The position numbers and the translations under genes are program-made. A DNA stretch of 64,000 bases, from assembly GCA_002104945.1 (NCBI GenBank), contig MCFH01000017.1:248001-312000 (forward strand), read 5' to 3'. The notes beneath the pieces are model-generated. The model was not told the DNA's origin. It saw only the letters and a list, made by a program, of their open reading frames with translations, and searched no databases. The DNA is from Piromyces finnis finn (lineage: Eukaryota; Fungi; Neocallimastigomycota). Below are positions 13,118 to 28,941 of this stretch, one piece after another; within the stretch, counting starts at the first letter, position 1, and each line of letters starts with the position of its first letter.

Positions 13118-13296
13118 ATGAAATTTGTTTATTTTTTTTTTTTTTTCAAACTATTACACTATTACAGATTTTTATATTATAAAAATGTTTATTACTACAA
13201 TGATGATGATGATGATGATGATAAATGTTGCTTTTTAAAAAATAAAAAAGAATATAAAATATATTAAAAAAAAAAAAAAGAAAAAAGAATACTGAT

Positions 13297-13329
<33 letters not shown>

Positions 13330-14059
13330 TTTTTTATTTTTCCATTTTGTCTTTTTTAAATAATAATTGACAAAAAAGATGAATATTTTATTTGTGTAAG
13401 TTGCTAGTTTTTTTTTTTTTTTTTTCATTAAAAAAAATATTTAAAAAAAAAAAAATTGTCTATAAAATAAAGAATGAAAATAATCCATTGCTTATATGTA
13501 AAAAAAAAAACATTATATATATTATCAATAGATACAGATACATTCATAATAATTAATAAAATGTGAAAATGTATTTTTGTTTTCTTGTTTTTCTTTTTTC
13601 CCCCCGTTTTATTTTCATCCAAAGTAAATGTAAAATTCATTAAATAAAAAAAAAAAAAGTTTATTTTTCCTTACGAGATGATTGAAAATCAATAAATCCA
13701 TATTATTATTGTTATTTTTTCTTCTTTCCTTTTCTTTTTGATTTATATAATTGTCCATTTTTTTTTTTTTTTTTTACCTCCTCCCTTATTGAATATTATC
13801 AATAGATGTTGAAAAAATAAATGTTTTTTTTTGAGGTATTGTAATTAAATTTTATTTGTGTGTGGGTGTGTGTACTTATGGGAGGGTAAAAAAAACTTTT
13901 ATTCCATAATGATAATGACGTTTTTTTTTTTTGGATAGGTTAAAATTTAATGTGCATGGTATTGAGGTAAGTAAAGATGAGAAAAAAGGATGGTAAAATA
14001 AAATAAAATAAAAATAAAAAAAAAGGGGGAGGGGGAAGGAGGGAGATGATAGTAAAAAT

Positions 14060-15653
14060 TTAAAGAAATTCCATTTTTACTAGATCATCATCCTTAGGAT
14101 CATCAATGACAACTTCTTCCTTTACACCAACAACATCTTCTTTCGATTTTAAATGATCAGCTAATATTTTATTCATTTGAAACATATGAACACGTTTGGT
14201 TTTAAAAACGGAAAAAAGTTTATCATCACAAAGAATATAACGCTTATCTGACGTATCCTGTAGACTATTTTCTTTAATATATTCCCATATTTGTTTGACG
14301 ACTTGTGGTCTTGATAATTCTTTGACATCCCCAAGGAAGGATGATAAAGTGGGTGAAAGAAGCATAGGTTTATTAAATCCATTATTTGGTGCTGCTCTTT
14401 TTGGTTTATCTCCTGATTTACCTTTTGAACTAGCCTTCTTTCTTGCTGCTTTTTTTGCTTTTTCTGCTTTTTCTTCTTCTTCTGTTTTTTCCTTTTTACA
14501 TGATGTACCATCTAGTTTGGTTAAATGATCATTTAACATTTTACTCATGGAAAATCCTGAAAAACGCTCCACTCCAAAAACCTTTTTTAACTTACTATCA
14601 CTTATAATGTAACGCTTATCGGTTGGATCTTGTAAATTATTGGCTTTAATGTATTCCCAAAGTTTCTTTACAATTTGAGTTCTAGACATTTCTTTTTCTC
14701 CTAAAAATCCTCCTAATACATCACTTAAAATAAGTGGGGCATTTAAACCACCACCTCCTCCTGCTCTTTTTTTGGTAGGTTTCTTATTTGATTTACTTTT
14801 AGAACTGGTGGTACGTTTTCTTTTTGTACCGGATTTAGAAGCTTTATATTCATCATCATACACATCACTATCAACACTATCACTGTTCATTTCATCTTCT
14901 GATGATACTAAATTGGTATGGTTAATGGCTGGTTTATCATTTTGTGAATCTTTAATAGAATCTACATACTCTTCATCCGATAAATCGTATGCTTTTTCTT
15001 CTATTGAAAAAAAAATTATATGTATATATATATATAATATTTATAGGATATATATATTATTGTTTACAAGATATATATAATATTTATAGGATATATATTA
15101 TTGTTTACAAGATATATATAATATTTATAGGATATATATTATTGTTTACAAGATATATATATTATTTATAGGATATATATTTTTATAGTGATAAATTTAG
15201 TATATATATTCATTATTCATTTCACAGAAAATATAAGAAATAAAATTAAATTGGTTAATATAGATTCAATTTGTAGAAAAAATGGATTATTATTATTATT
15301 ATTTTTTTTTTATATATTAAATTTTAAATTTTATATTCATTTAAAGAAAATTATTATAAACGACATTTTATTCTATTTTTATGATTTGTCACTTGAATGG
15401 TTAGATAGTTACCAACATTATTTTCTTCTTCTTCATCTTCATCTTCTGCTTGTTCTGTTACTTCATCGTAAATTTGACCAATTAAATTGTTAATTGCTTT
15501 TTTTTCATCTTTAGATTTAAATTGAACTTCAAAATCAATTTCTAATTGTTTTCTTATTGATTTTGTGGTAATAGTAGCAAGATCAATATCATCTTTTTCT
15601 AATAACTTCCGTATATGAGTTGAGTAAAGGGTGGCGTATTGTTCTGCAGACAT
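14060..15653 (-). CDS. DEK-C + two SWIB/MDM2 domain protein (Tri1/Uaf30/Spp27-like), 2 exons
   Basis: Exon 1 15653-15413 (IRKLLEKDDIDLATITTKSIRKQLE = DEK-C); exon 2 15000-14060 with SWIB motifs GLNAPLILSDVLGGFLGEKEMSRTQIVKKLWEYIKANNLQDP and GFNKPMLLSPTLSSFLGDVKELSRPQVVKQIWEYIKENSLQD. Confidence 0.9.
15027..15180. repeat. 41-bp tandem minisatellite, about 3.7 copies, inside the SWIB gene intron
   Basis: Unit ATATATATAATATTTATAGGATATATATTATTGTTTACAAG read directly. Confidence 0.9.
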
Positions 15654-17051
15654 GTTTATATTATTTTTTTTTTTTTATTATTATAAAGTGTATAAATTTA
15701 AATTTAAATATATATGTAAACTTTTTTTTGTTTAAATAGAATTTCCAAATGAATTGATAAAACCTAATGTTATTCTTTTTTTTTTTTCTTGACTAGAATT
15801 TTTGAATGGTGGAGTTGATTTTTTTTTTTTTTTTTTTTATTAGTATCGTTCCTACTTTATTGTTTTTTTTTAATGAAAATAAAAATTTAGTGTAGAATAT
15901 TGACTGAATAATATATTTTATCTAATAAAATGGTTTAATATTTTATAACAATTGGAAAGGTCAACTCTTCCAACGAATAATGGTTGATGGGATGTGTATT
16001 TAAAGTAAAATAATTTTAATTTTTTTTTTTTTTTTTAAAAAAAGAAATAGGTATAAAAATTATTTTTTTTTTTTTTTTTTTTTCTTTCAACTACTTCTTT
16101 TATAATAAAAAAAGTTATTATTAATTAAAATATAACTTTATATAAAAGAAAATTTTAAAGATGGACACTTTAAAAAAAAGAGAAAAGAGAAATATAAAAA
16201 AAAAAAATTTTTTTTTAATTATTTTTAAATATAGATTAATTAATTATAAATTTAATTAATTCTTTTTTTTAAAAAAATATATAAAACTTTTAATAGTTTT
16301 TTTTTAAATAAAGTTTTTTTTTATTTATTAATAACAATCCTTTATAAAGTCTTTTTTTTTCTTATTTTATGAGCTTAGGATAATAAAAGATTTTTAAAAG
16401 GAATTCTTTTTATTCTTTCTTTTTTTCCTTTTTAAAAAAGTTTTCTTTTTTTTTTCCTCTTTTTTTTTTAAATACTATTTTTTTAAAATAAAATTTAAAT
16501 TACATTTTAATGTACATTTTACTACATCAATGTACATAACTCATAGTACTTATATCGAATGTATACATTATTTAATTTAATGTATTTTTCTTTTTTATTT
16601 AAAATATAATATTTTTATTCATTGATTTTTATTATACATATTTATTTATATTATTACTATTTATTCATTTATTTATTATAGATAAAAAATTTTTAAAGTT
16701 ATGACCTGATAATTTTTTTTTTCTTTTTCTTCTTTTCTTCTTTATAAAACATTACGAAATTAATAAATAAAAAAAAAAAAGTGTAAAACTTTTCATTTAT
16801 TATAAAATAGAACGGTAGAAAAAAAAAAAAAAACTTGATAGAGGGATAGAAATAAAGAAAGAAATAGATTTAATATTTAAAAAAAAAAAGTACAAAAAAA
16901 AAGCAAGAAAAACAAGAAATAACCAAAACCAAAACCAAACACATCTTTGTGTGCAAAAAAAAAAACTATCTTTTTACCTTTATAGAATTATTTTATTTTT
17001 TATAAAAAAAAACAAATAAACAAAAAAAAAAAATAAAGAAATATAAAAAAC

Positions 17052-19118
17052 ATGGAAGAAGTAGAATATGATTTACCAAAGTAGGTTTCACTTTATATTT
17101 TACAATGTTTTCAAAGATATTGTATTTAATAATACTTTATATTAAAAGTTTAGATATATCTACTGGAACATCTGTTGATATGGGTGAACGTATGTATCTA
17201 TTTACAGTTGTGACTTTAATAAGTCTTTTTTTTTTAAAAAAAAAAAAAAAAAAATGCTATTCCAATATATAATTTTAAATTTCAAAATGAATTTCATTAA
17301 TTTTTTTAAAAAAAAAATTAATTATAAAATAGTCCAAGAAGGTGATGATATATTTGCTCTTTTTATCCTTGGATTTTTATTCTTTTCCCAATTTGGTGTT
17401 TTAGCTTGGAAAAAGGTAAATTTATATTTTATTTTCGAAAAAAAAAAAAAAAAAAAATTAAAAATTTTTAAAATATCGTAAAAAATATAATTAACATAAA
17501 CTATTTTCCATTATTATTATTATTATTATTATTATTTTCTCTATATATAATATTTTTGTTTGGGAATAATACTATTTTATAAAATATAATTGAAATTTAA
17601 AAAAAAAGTATTATCCAAAATCATTCCAATCTGTCACTCTTATCGGTTTATGGATTGTTCCACCAATTATTGGTTTCATTTTTGGAAACTAGTAAATATT
17701 TCACTTTTATCTCTAAATATACATATATATATATTAAATTTATTTTTTAAAAAAAAATATGATAAAATACACACCAATAATAATATTTTCAATGGGTTTT
17801 TTTTTTATAAACTTTTATATAAAAAATACATCATGAAAATAAATGACAGTTTATACCTTACTGTTTGCGCTTTATTTGTATTAGCCAATGTTGTAATATA
17901 TAAAAAATCACAAGAAAAACCATTAAAACCAGAAACTCCAAGAACCATATATAGATGGTTTGCTATTATTCATAAACGTAGTGTATCATAAAAAAAAAAT
18001 GGTCATAAAAAATTAAAATAAGGAATAATAATTAATATTTTTCTATCTATTTGTAACTTGTTTTAGTTACTTACATAACTGGTGCTGTCGGTTATTTTGT
18101 TTTCCTTCTTGGTATGTTTATCAATGGTCAAACAAAAATTTTAGAAGTAGGTCTTACTATTGCATTTTACGGTTTATACTTTGGTATTTTAAACAAGGAT
18201 ACTGTTGATGAATTGTCCTCAAGAATGGCATTAAATGTTGGATACATTCAAAAACAAGGTATTCCAATGAAAAGATTAACAAATGATATTTGTTCTATTT
18301 GTGGTGGTTATGTCGATCAAGAAAATGGTTCATGCAAATTAGAATGTGGTCATATCTATCATGATCATTGTATCAGGGGTTGGATTATTATTGGTAAAAA
18401 GGCCACTTGCCCATATTGCAAGGAAAAGGTTGAAACTGCCAATTTATCTGTAAATCCGTAAGTAATTGGGGAGGAATTAATACACTATATACAATAATAA
18501 TTTCGTTTATACTCAAATAATCGGAATAATCGGAATATTAAAAAAAAAAAAAAACTAAACGATTTAAAATACTATATCTATTTATTAATTTATTTATTCT
18601 TTTTTTACCAAAAAAAATTTTTTATAGATGGAATAAGGCTGATATTATGTATGCCCAATTTTTAGATTTCTTTAGATACTTATTAGTATGGTAAATTTCA
18701 TAGGATGCAAATAATATTAAATATAAAATAGAAATTTTAAAATATTATAGTATAAAATATATATAACAAAAAAAAAAAAAAAAAAAAAAAGGAAATCTAT
18801 TAATTTTTTTTACCACTTTTATTATTACTATAACTATTATTGTTATTTTAAATTATATAAAATAATTACATATAATAACTACTATATAGGCAAGTAAGTA
18901 GACAAAAAATTATGTTTGATTTTTTTTTTTTTTTTTTTTATTTTAAATGAACAAAATAGATATTAAGAAAAAAAAAATTTTTTTTTTTTTTATTTTATTA
19001 AAATATATATTAGCCATTAATTATTATCCTTATTGAAGTCATTTCAAGAATGTCTGGAAAATATCAAGATGTAAATCCAGTCATGGAATCAGCAGAAATT
19101 CCAAGTGCATTACCATAG
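17052..19118 (+). CDS. RNF121: RING-H2 transmembrane E3 ligase, RNF121/RNF175 family, 9 exons
   Basis: Exons 17052-17080, 17149-17189, 17333-17415, 17609-17691, 17850-17977, 18067-18457, 18628-18690, 18890-18893 and 19014-19118. Motifs TPRTIYRWF, FYGLYFGIL, CSICGG...LECGHIYHDHCIRGWIIIGKKATCPYCKEKV and YAQFLDFFRYLLVWQP. Confidence 0.9.
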
Positions 19119-19640
19119 ATAAAAAAAAAAAGATTTTTTTTTTTTATTATTTATTCTTTTTTTTTTTTTTCTTTCTGAACAACTTTTACCTATAAATATA
19201 ATATCAAAATAAAATTTTTTTATATTCAAAAAAAAAAAAGGAAGGAGAAAAAAATAAAATATTTTTTATATATAAACTACGTTTTCAAGACAACAATAAT
19301 AACAATAACAACAATACTAAATAATTACAATAATAATTACCAAATAAAAACAATAGAAAATTAAAATTAATACTTTTTTTTTTTACTTAAAAACGATGAT
19401 TTTAATTATTAATTCAATTATTCAATAAAAGAAATATAATATAAAACACATTTCCATCATTAAATATACATTATTAATCATTTGTACGTTTTATTCGATA
19501 AAAAAAAAATAGTAAAATATATATATTTTTTCCTCTTAATAATATATTATATATATAATAAAGTTAATAATTAAAATAAAGTATACATATATATATAAAA
19601 GGTTTTTTTTTTTTTTTTTTTTCTCATGAAATTAGTTAAA

Positions 19641-19668
19641 GTGTGTGTGTGTGTGTGTGTGTGTGTGT
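19641..19668. repeat. (GT)14 microsatellite
   Basis: Read directly. Confidence 0.95.
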
Positions 19669-20356
19669 ATTTTTTTAATCCTAAATAAAATTTTTTGTTT
19701 CTAGGCTTTTTTTATAGTATAGTATTAATATTAATTAAAAATGGGATGGTCATCAAATATCTCAGACGGTAATATTTTCATTCGGAGAAATACTAACATT
19801 AATACGAATGTTTTTTTTTTTTTTTTTTTTTTTACCATATCAGTCGGGACTGGCACTCTTGATGATGTTAGGTGTTTTACTAATTTTTTTTTTTTTTTTA
19901 GACTATAAATCATTAGGAAGGTGTCACATCATCATTACCTTTTCAAAACAAAACGAAACAAAAAAAAAAAAAAAAAAAAAGATTTTAAAATTAAACCAAT
20001 AATGATAATTAATTATAAAATTAAAAAAAAAAAAAAAAAAAAAACACTTTGTTGATTAATATATATATATATATTTTTTTTTATTAATTTTTTTTCTTTT
20101 TTCTTTTTTTTTTTTTTTTTTTTGTATTTCTTTTAAATATATATATTTTCTTTCTATGTTGTTTGTTATTATGTTGTTATTATTACTAGTATTATTGATT
20201 TTATATTATATAAAATATGACAATAGGGTAAAAGTAAAAAAAAAAAAAAAAAAATTAATACTCTTTTTTTTTTTACTTTAATATATTACACACATCTTAT
20301 ACAACCCGCCACATAGATAAAAATGTGTGGTTTATGTTTAAAAATCAACGTTTAAT

Positions 20357-23300
20357 TTATTGTCCAAAAACAGCATCTAAGAAACTAACATAGTCATAAC
20401 TATTTGGAATATCATCCTTTGGTGGTAATACTTGTTTTAAGTAATCAATAGTACCTTGTGGGAAACCACCGGCAGCCATATCAGCTTCAGTAACATAGTC
20501 TTTATCCTTGGCAAGAACCTTGAAGGCTTCACGAAGTTGATCTGGTGAAGTCTTATCTTCAGCAATACTCTTAACATAGTTAAGGTAGGTTTCAAATGGA
20601 ACACCAACACTTTCATCATCTTCTGGAAGGTGGTTTGGATTAACAATAAGTTTAGAGTAAATTTGGTTGAATTCTTCATCGGAAAGAAGAACACCGATAG
20701 ATTGAAGGACAGCCTTTAATTCATTACGGTTCAAAAGGTTATTGTCATCCTTATCAAAGTGACGGAAGGCATTGGTGTATTCTTCAAGTTGTTGTGGAGT
20801 TAAGTTAGAAACGTTACGAGCAACAATTTGGTTTTCAATGAAAGCAATCTTCTTTTGAAGAGAAGTAAGAACTAATTCATAGTCATACTTAATATCTTCT
20901 GGAGTGTAAATACTGTACATATTGTCTTCAATGTGAGCTTCTTCACACTTGGCATTTAATTCTTCAATTTCCTTGAAACGTGGTTGTAATGCATTAGCTT
21001 CATTTTGGTATTCCTTAACAAGGTTTAATTGATCTTCTAAACTACTGTCTTCACCAAGACTAGATAAGTTGTTGGAAATAGAATTGATCTTGTCTTGTAA
21101 ATCATTAGCACTGTTGGCGAAGGACTTACGAAGTTGGTCCTTAATTTCAGCTAAATTGTTAGAGAGGTTTCTCTTACGTTCACCTTCAGTGGTAATTAAT
21201 CCATGCCAGGCATTATCAATATCGGCTGGGTAAAGACCTTCTGGTGGGTTGTATGGAATTAAATTGTAGGTCTTAAGCTTAATTTGAATGTTACCGAGAA
21301 GATTTTCAATTTCACGCTTTTCAGCCATCCACTTACGCTTGGTAACGTACTTGTAGTTTTCAAATTCAGCAAATTGAGCCTTGGCTTCATTGTAGTTTTC
21401 ACCTAATGGAGCAGTTTCCCAGCTCTTCTTCATGGCGTCAATGTTTTCAAGTAATTCACTGGCACGCTTTTCATAATCGTTTTCCATTTCCCAGGTAGCA
21501 GCTAAAACATCAGCAAACTTACCAACTCTTCTTGATGAGTTACTAACCTTGTCTAATTAATAAACATGTCATGATTTATTTTATTGTTAATATAAAAGTT
21601 AGTATGAAAATTATTAGATTTTTAAAAAAAAATTGAGTAAAAAAAAAAAAAAATACTAATTTTTTAAAATATTCTCTTTTTTTTTCACCATTATTTTTTA
21701 ACTATTTTTATTTTTTATAAAATTATATATATATATATATATATAATAAAATGATTATTTACTTTGAGCAGAAAAGGCGTGGAAATATTGGGCAACGTAG
21801 GTCATGACAGATCTTTCATCTGGTTTTGGAACATCGACAAAATCTTCAACATCAAGTAATTTCTATTCATAAAAATATAAACGAAATAAAAAATAATATT
21901 TTATTAATTATTAGTAATCATTTTATTTCCTTTTTTTTTTCTTCATAAAAGAAGGGATAATAAATTAATTTTAACAATCTTGTTCGTATACTTACTGGAA
22001 TGTTTAATTCCTTTTCGGCAACTTCGAAAGCCTTTGAAAGGTTTTCCTTAGCATTGCTCTTATCTAAGGAATTGTAATCTAAAAGATCTGGACGGTTATG
22101 GTGAATAAGAGCACATCTTTTATATATAAAAATACAATTTTTTTTATTAGCAAGACATAAATAAAACTAGAGTATAAATAAAAATAAAAATTAGTGTATT
22201 TAATACATACAAAGCAAGACCATCCTTCCAACTGAAAGTAAAGTCTTTAACATTAACTTCTGGCTTGTAGTCAGCAGTTTGTCTTTGACACCATAAAAGA
22301 AGACCTTCCTTGGCGTTAAGACCTTCTTCACTTTAAAATTTAATACAAATAATAATAATAATTAATAATTTTTTTTTTACGTCAATTTCAATTATTAAAT
22401 GAAAAGACTTTATTAATATTAGTTTTTAAAATATAAAAAAAAAACCAACCTAATATCAGCAATAGTGAAACGTAAAATAATAGTCCAAATAAGACCTAAA
22501 ATAAGCTTTGGATTACTATCAACAATATCTTCAGCACCAATATTGGTAAGGTTGACACCTCTACTCTTAATGAATTCTAAAGCCTTATTAACGTTTTCGA
22601 TTCTTTGTAAACGTAATTTTGGGTTCTATACATTAATAAATGAAAAAATATATATATATTATTATTTAAACATTATTAAATTTTATTTCCTTTAAAATAA
22701 AAATTTTTTTTTTTACCTTGTTGTAACGACCCATAGATTCACCACCAATGATTTCTATTTATTATTATAATATAAATAAACATTAGAAATCTTTCATTTA
22801 TTCTTTCTGATAAGAAAATATTTAAATATAGTTTACCTAATAATTCAAGTAATCTTTCACCAGTAGATAAATCAGCATCAAGATTAGTAATAGACTTGTA
22901 TCCCTTCATCTTTAACTTGTTGTTAATCCAGTTAGTGAAGGCTTTTGAAAAAAAAAATATATATATATATATATATAAATACATGGTTAATAAAAAATTA
23001 TATATATAAACATATTAAAAAAAAAAAGGTAAGCACTTTTCCTTTTCAACTATATATATATTCTTTATCATAATTTTATATATCTTTATAAAACTTACTC
23101 TTAATTTGGGTTCTCTGTTTTCCATTTGATAGCATTAGATTTTAACATAATTCAAAAGTATTTTTTTTTATTTCCATAATAAATATTAGAATTTTTATTA
23201 AATATGCATAATAAAATTAAAATTATTTAGTTTAAATCTTTTATTTTCATTTTAAAATTTTATTAAATATAAAATGTACGCACTTCCCATCCTTTGTCGA

Positions 23301-23358
23301 GTAATCTAGCTTGATCGTCAACCTTTTCAACAGAAGCCTTGGATTGATATTCAGTCAT
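20357..23358 (-). CDS. ACTN: Alpha-actinin (CH1-CH2, two spectrin repeats, EF hands), 9 exons
   Basis: Spliced protein has [89 protein letters not shown] and EF-hand [18 protein letters not shown]; all introns GT-AG. Confidence 0.95.
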
Positions 23359-25707
23359 TTTTATTATTTATTTATTTATTTATTATATTATATTTACTAT
23401 AAAGCCATTTTTCGAATTTGAGATTGAGTTTCAGTTTATTTATTTAAAATTTAATATACATATACAAAAAAGATACAATAATAATTAGTAAAAGATAAAT
23501 ATTAATACTTATAATATTTTTTACTTGTAAAATAACGTTTTTTTATTTATAAATTTAATATTTTGTTTACTGAAATGTATGTTACATTTCACTTTAAAAT
23601 CTTTTTTTTTTTCCCTTCAACTTGTATTATTTATTAAAAATACTAGTTTTATGATAATAAATAAAAAAATATAAAGAATATTATGTTTTCTTTTTACAAT
23701 ATATTTACTTTTTTCGTTGTATTTTATATATAAATTGTTTACTTTTATTTAGAATTCTTTTATTTTTTTTTTTTTTAATACTTTTTTGTTATTCAAAAAA
23801 TTATTAAAAAAATTTAATTTTAAAAGAAAAAAATGTTTACATTTAAAAAAATTTAAATTTTAAATATAAATGATAAAAATATATTTCAAAAAAACTTTAA
23901 ATATTTTAAAAGTATAATCTTATTCTTTTTATTATTTTTTTTAAAGTCATTGTGAGAAGGTGTAAGTGTATTCTATTTTATTTTTTTTAAAAAAAAAAGA
24001 TTATTTATTAGGGTTTATCCATAAAGATAATTAATAGTGAAATAAATGACAGTAGACATCATAATTTCTTTAAAAAAGTTTGTAAAAAAACAATTAATTA
24101 ATAAATTAGATTAGGAAAAAGGGATAATTATTAGTAATAATAATAATAAACTATTTTATAATAATATTCATTATTCTTTTAATAAAATTAATAAACTCTT
24201 AAATATATCTTGATATTTTGTTTTATCATATTCTATCAAATTTATATATAATTATATTTCTATTTTATAACATACTTTTTTTTTTATTTTTCCTTTGATC
24301 ATTTGAGGAAAAAGTTTGTTGAAGTTATTATTATTATTATTATTATATATTAAATAAAAAAAAAAGTTTAACTTTTTCTATTTTAGTTTAAAAAAAAAAA
24401 AAATAAGAATTATAGGAATATATATAATTAATATATATTAACTTCTATATATATCTTTTTCATATTCATGAGCAAATTAAATGAAATTGAATTTATTTTT
24501 ATATTCTTTATTTTTATTTATAGAATAATAAGTTTTATTGGTAATGCAGAAATTTTTAAAAACATGAATTAGTAAATAATAATAATAACAGAAGACTTTT
24601 TATTTTCTTTTCTTATAATGTAAATTACATCAAAACTAATAGATCAATAAGAAAATTATGAAAATATACAATGTATTCATAGGCCTTGTTAAAAAGATGA
24701 AAAAAAAAAGATAATAAATCATATTATATTTTATATAATAATAACAATAATTTACATAAATACAAATAAAAACGTTAAAAGAGTAAATAAAAAGTCTATT
24801 GAAATATTTAAACATTGATATCGTTAGAAAAAAAAAAAGTTTTATTCTTCATAAATTATCTATAATTATATTTATATCCTATATGCATATATAATAATAA
24901 TTATAATTAAGTTTTATTCTTTCATTCCATGCACACTGCATTACATCAAAGTATTTTTAATAATTATTTAATATTTTTTTTTTAAAAAAAAAAGAGTAAA
25001 ATAAAAAAGAGAATCCTGTAATAATATTAGTAATCTTAATGTTCTATTAACAAATAAGCTTTTTTATTTTTAAATATGACATGCAAAGTTAAAAATATCT
25101 ATTATTTATTACTTTTAAAAAAAAAAAATAAGGAAAAATGAAACAAAATTACTGTTTAAAATAATTTATTTGAAAAAGAATGCATTATTCATTTTCTTTT
25201 AAAGTAATAAATAATTAGAATTAGGATTTAAATAATTAAATAGGTAAAACTATAAAGTTTTATTATTTAAAAAAAATAATATTTAAACTTTTTATTAGGA
25301 TGTTATAGAGATAGAAATAAGTTGATTCCATTTCAATCTAACCTATTTCAATTAAATCATATAATACTTTTTTTCTGCAAAAAGATAACTATATTAATAT
25401 TAAAAAATGAGATAACTTATTTAGTTATTATTTGTAATTATTATTATTATAATTATTATTCGAAACTTTGTAATTTAATTCAATATAAAGAAAATTAAAA
25501 TTTGTGGTTTTTTTTTATATTTTTTTTTACTTTAAAGACCGTTTGTATATATTTTATAAATATACCTTTATTTTTTTTTGAAAATCCTCACCATTCTTAA
25601 TATAAGAAAAAAAAAGAAAGAAAATATAAATGCATTATTGTAAAACAAAAAAGAAAAACAGTTAATAATAAAGTTAAAATATTTATATACATTTTTATAT
25701 TTCATTT

Positions 25708-25740
<33 letters not shown>

Positions 25741-25813
25741 TGTTATATAAAAAAACATTTTCTTTTTTTTTAAAAAAGATTAGAGAAATATATAACTGAT
25801 ATATTGGAACTGA

Positions 25814-28380
<2,567 letters not shown>

Positions 28381-28941
28381 ACTCAAAAAACTATGATTTT
28401 GTATATATTAAAATACACAAGTCATTCCATTTTATAAACAAAGCCAAGATAACAATTACTAAAATAACTAAAAAAAATAATATTCAACTATCATATAGCA
28501 ATAATAATATTAATAATAATGAAAAAAAAAAAAAAAAAAAAAAGATTATTGCTAATATTATAAAACAATTAATATATAAAAATTTATATTAGATAGGATT
28601 ATATAGCTTTGTTATTTTTCACATTGCTAGTTTCCTTGTTGTTTTTTTTTTAATATTTAGTATATAGATAGAATAGTTAATGTATATATATAGAATAGTT
28701 TGTTTGATTTTATATATAAAAGAAAATGAAACCATTCTTGTCTTTAAGTATCAATAGAAACTTTTTATATAAAATGAATAATGTATTAAAAATGTAATAA
28801 AATGTAATATAATCTATTTAATGTATACATTAAATATTTTTATTTTGTAACCCAAAAAAAATAAAAAAATTATAAAAATCATACACATTTTTTTTTGTTT
28901 ATCTATAAAACAATTGCAAATAATAATTAAAAATTATAAAA

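Noticed and set aside
19621-19760. ATG AAA TTA GTT AAA (MKLVK) and KNG resembling SmD1
   Set aside because: No splice combination gives an open Sm-fold frame; every candidate acceptor leads to a stop.
19800-19915. U14/SNORD60-like words on the minus strand
   Set aside because: Matches are only 8-10 nt, in the wrong order for U14, and interrupted by long A runs; kept only as an alternative in the finding, not called as a feature.
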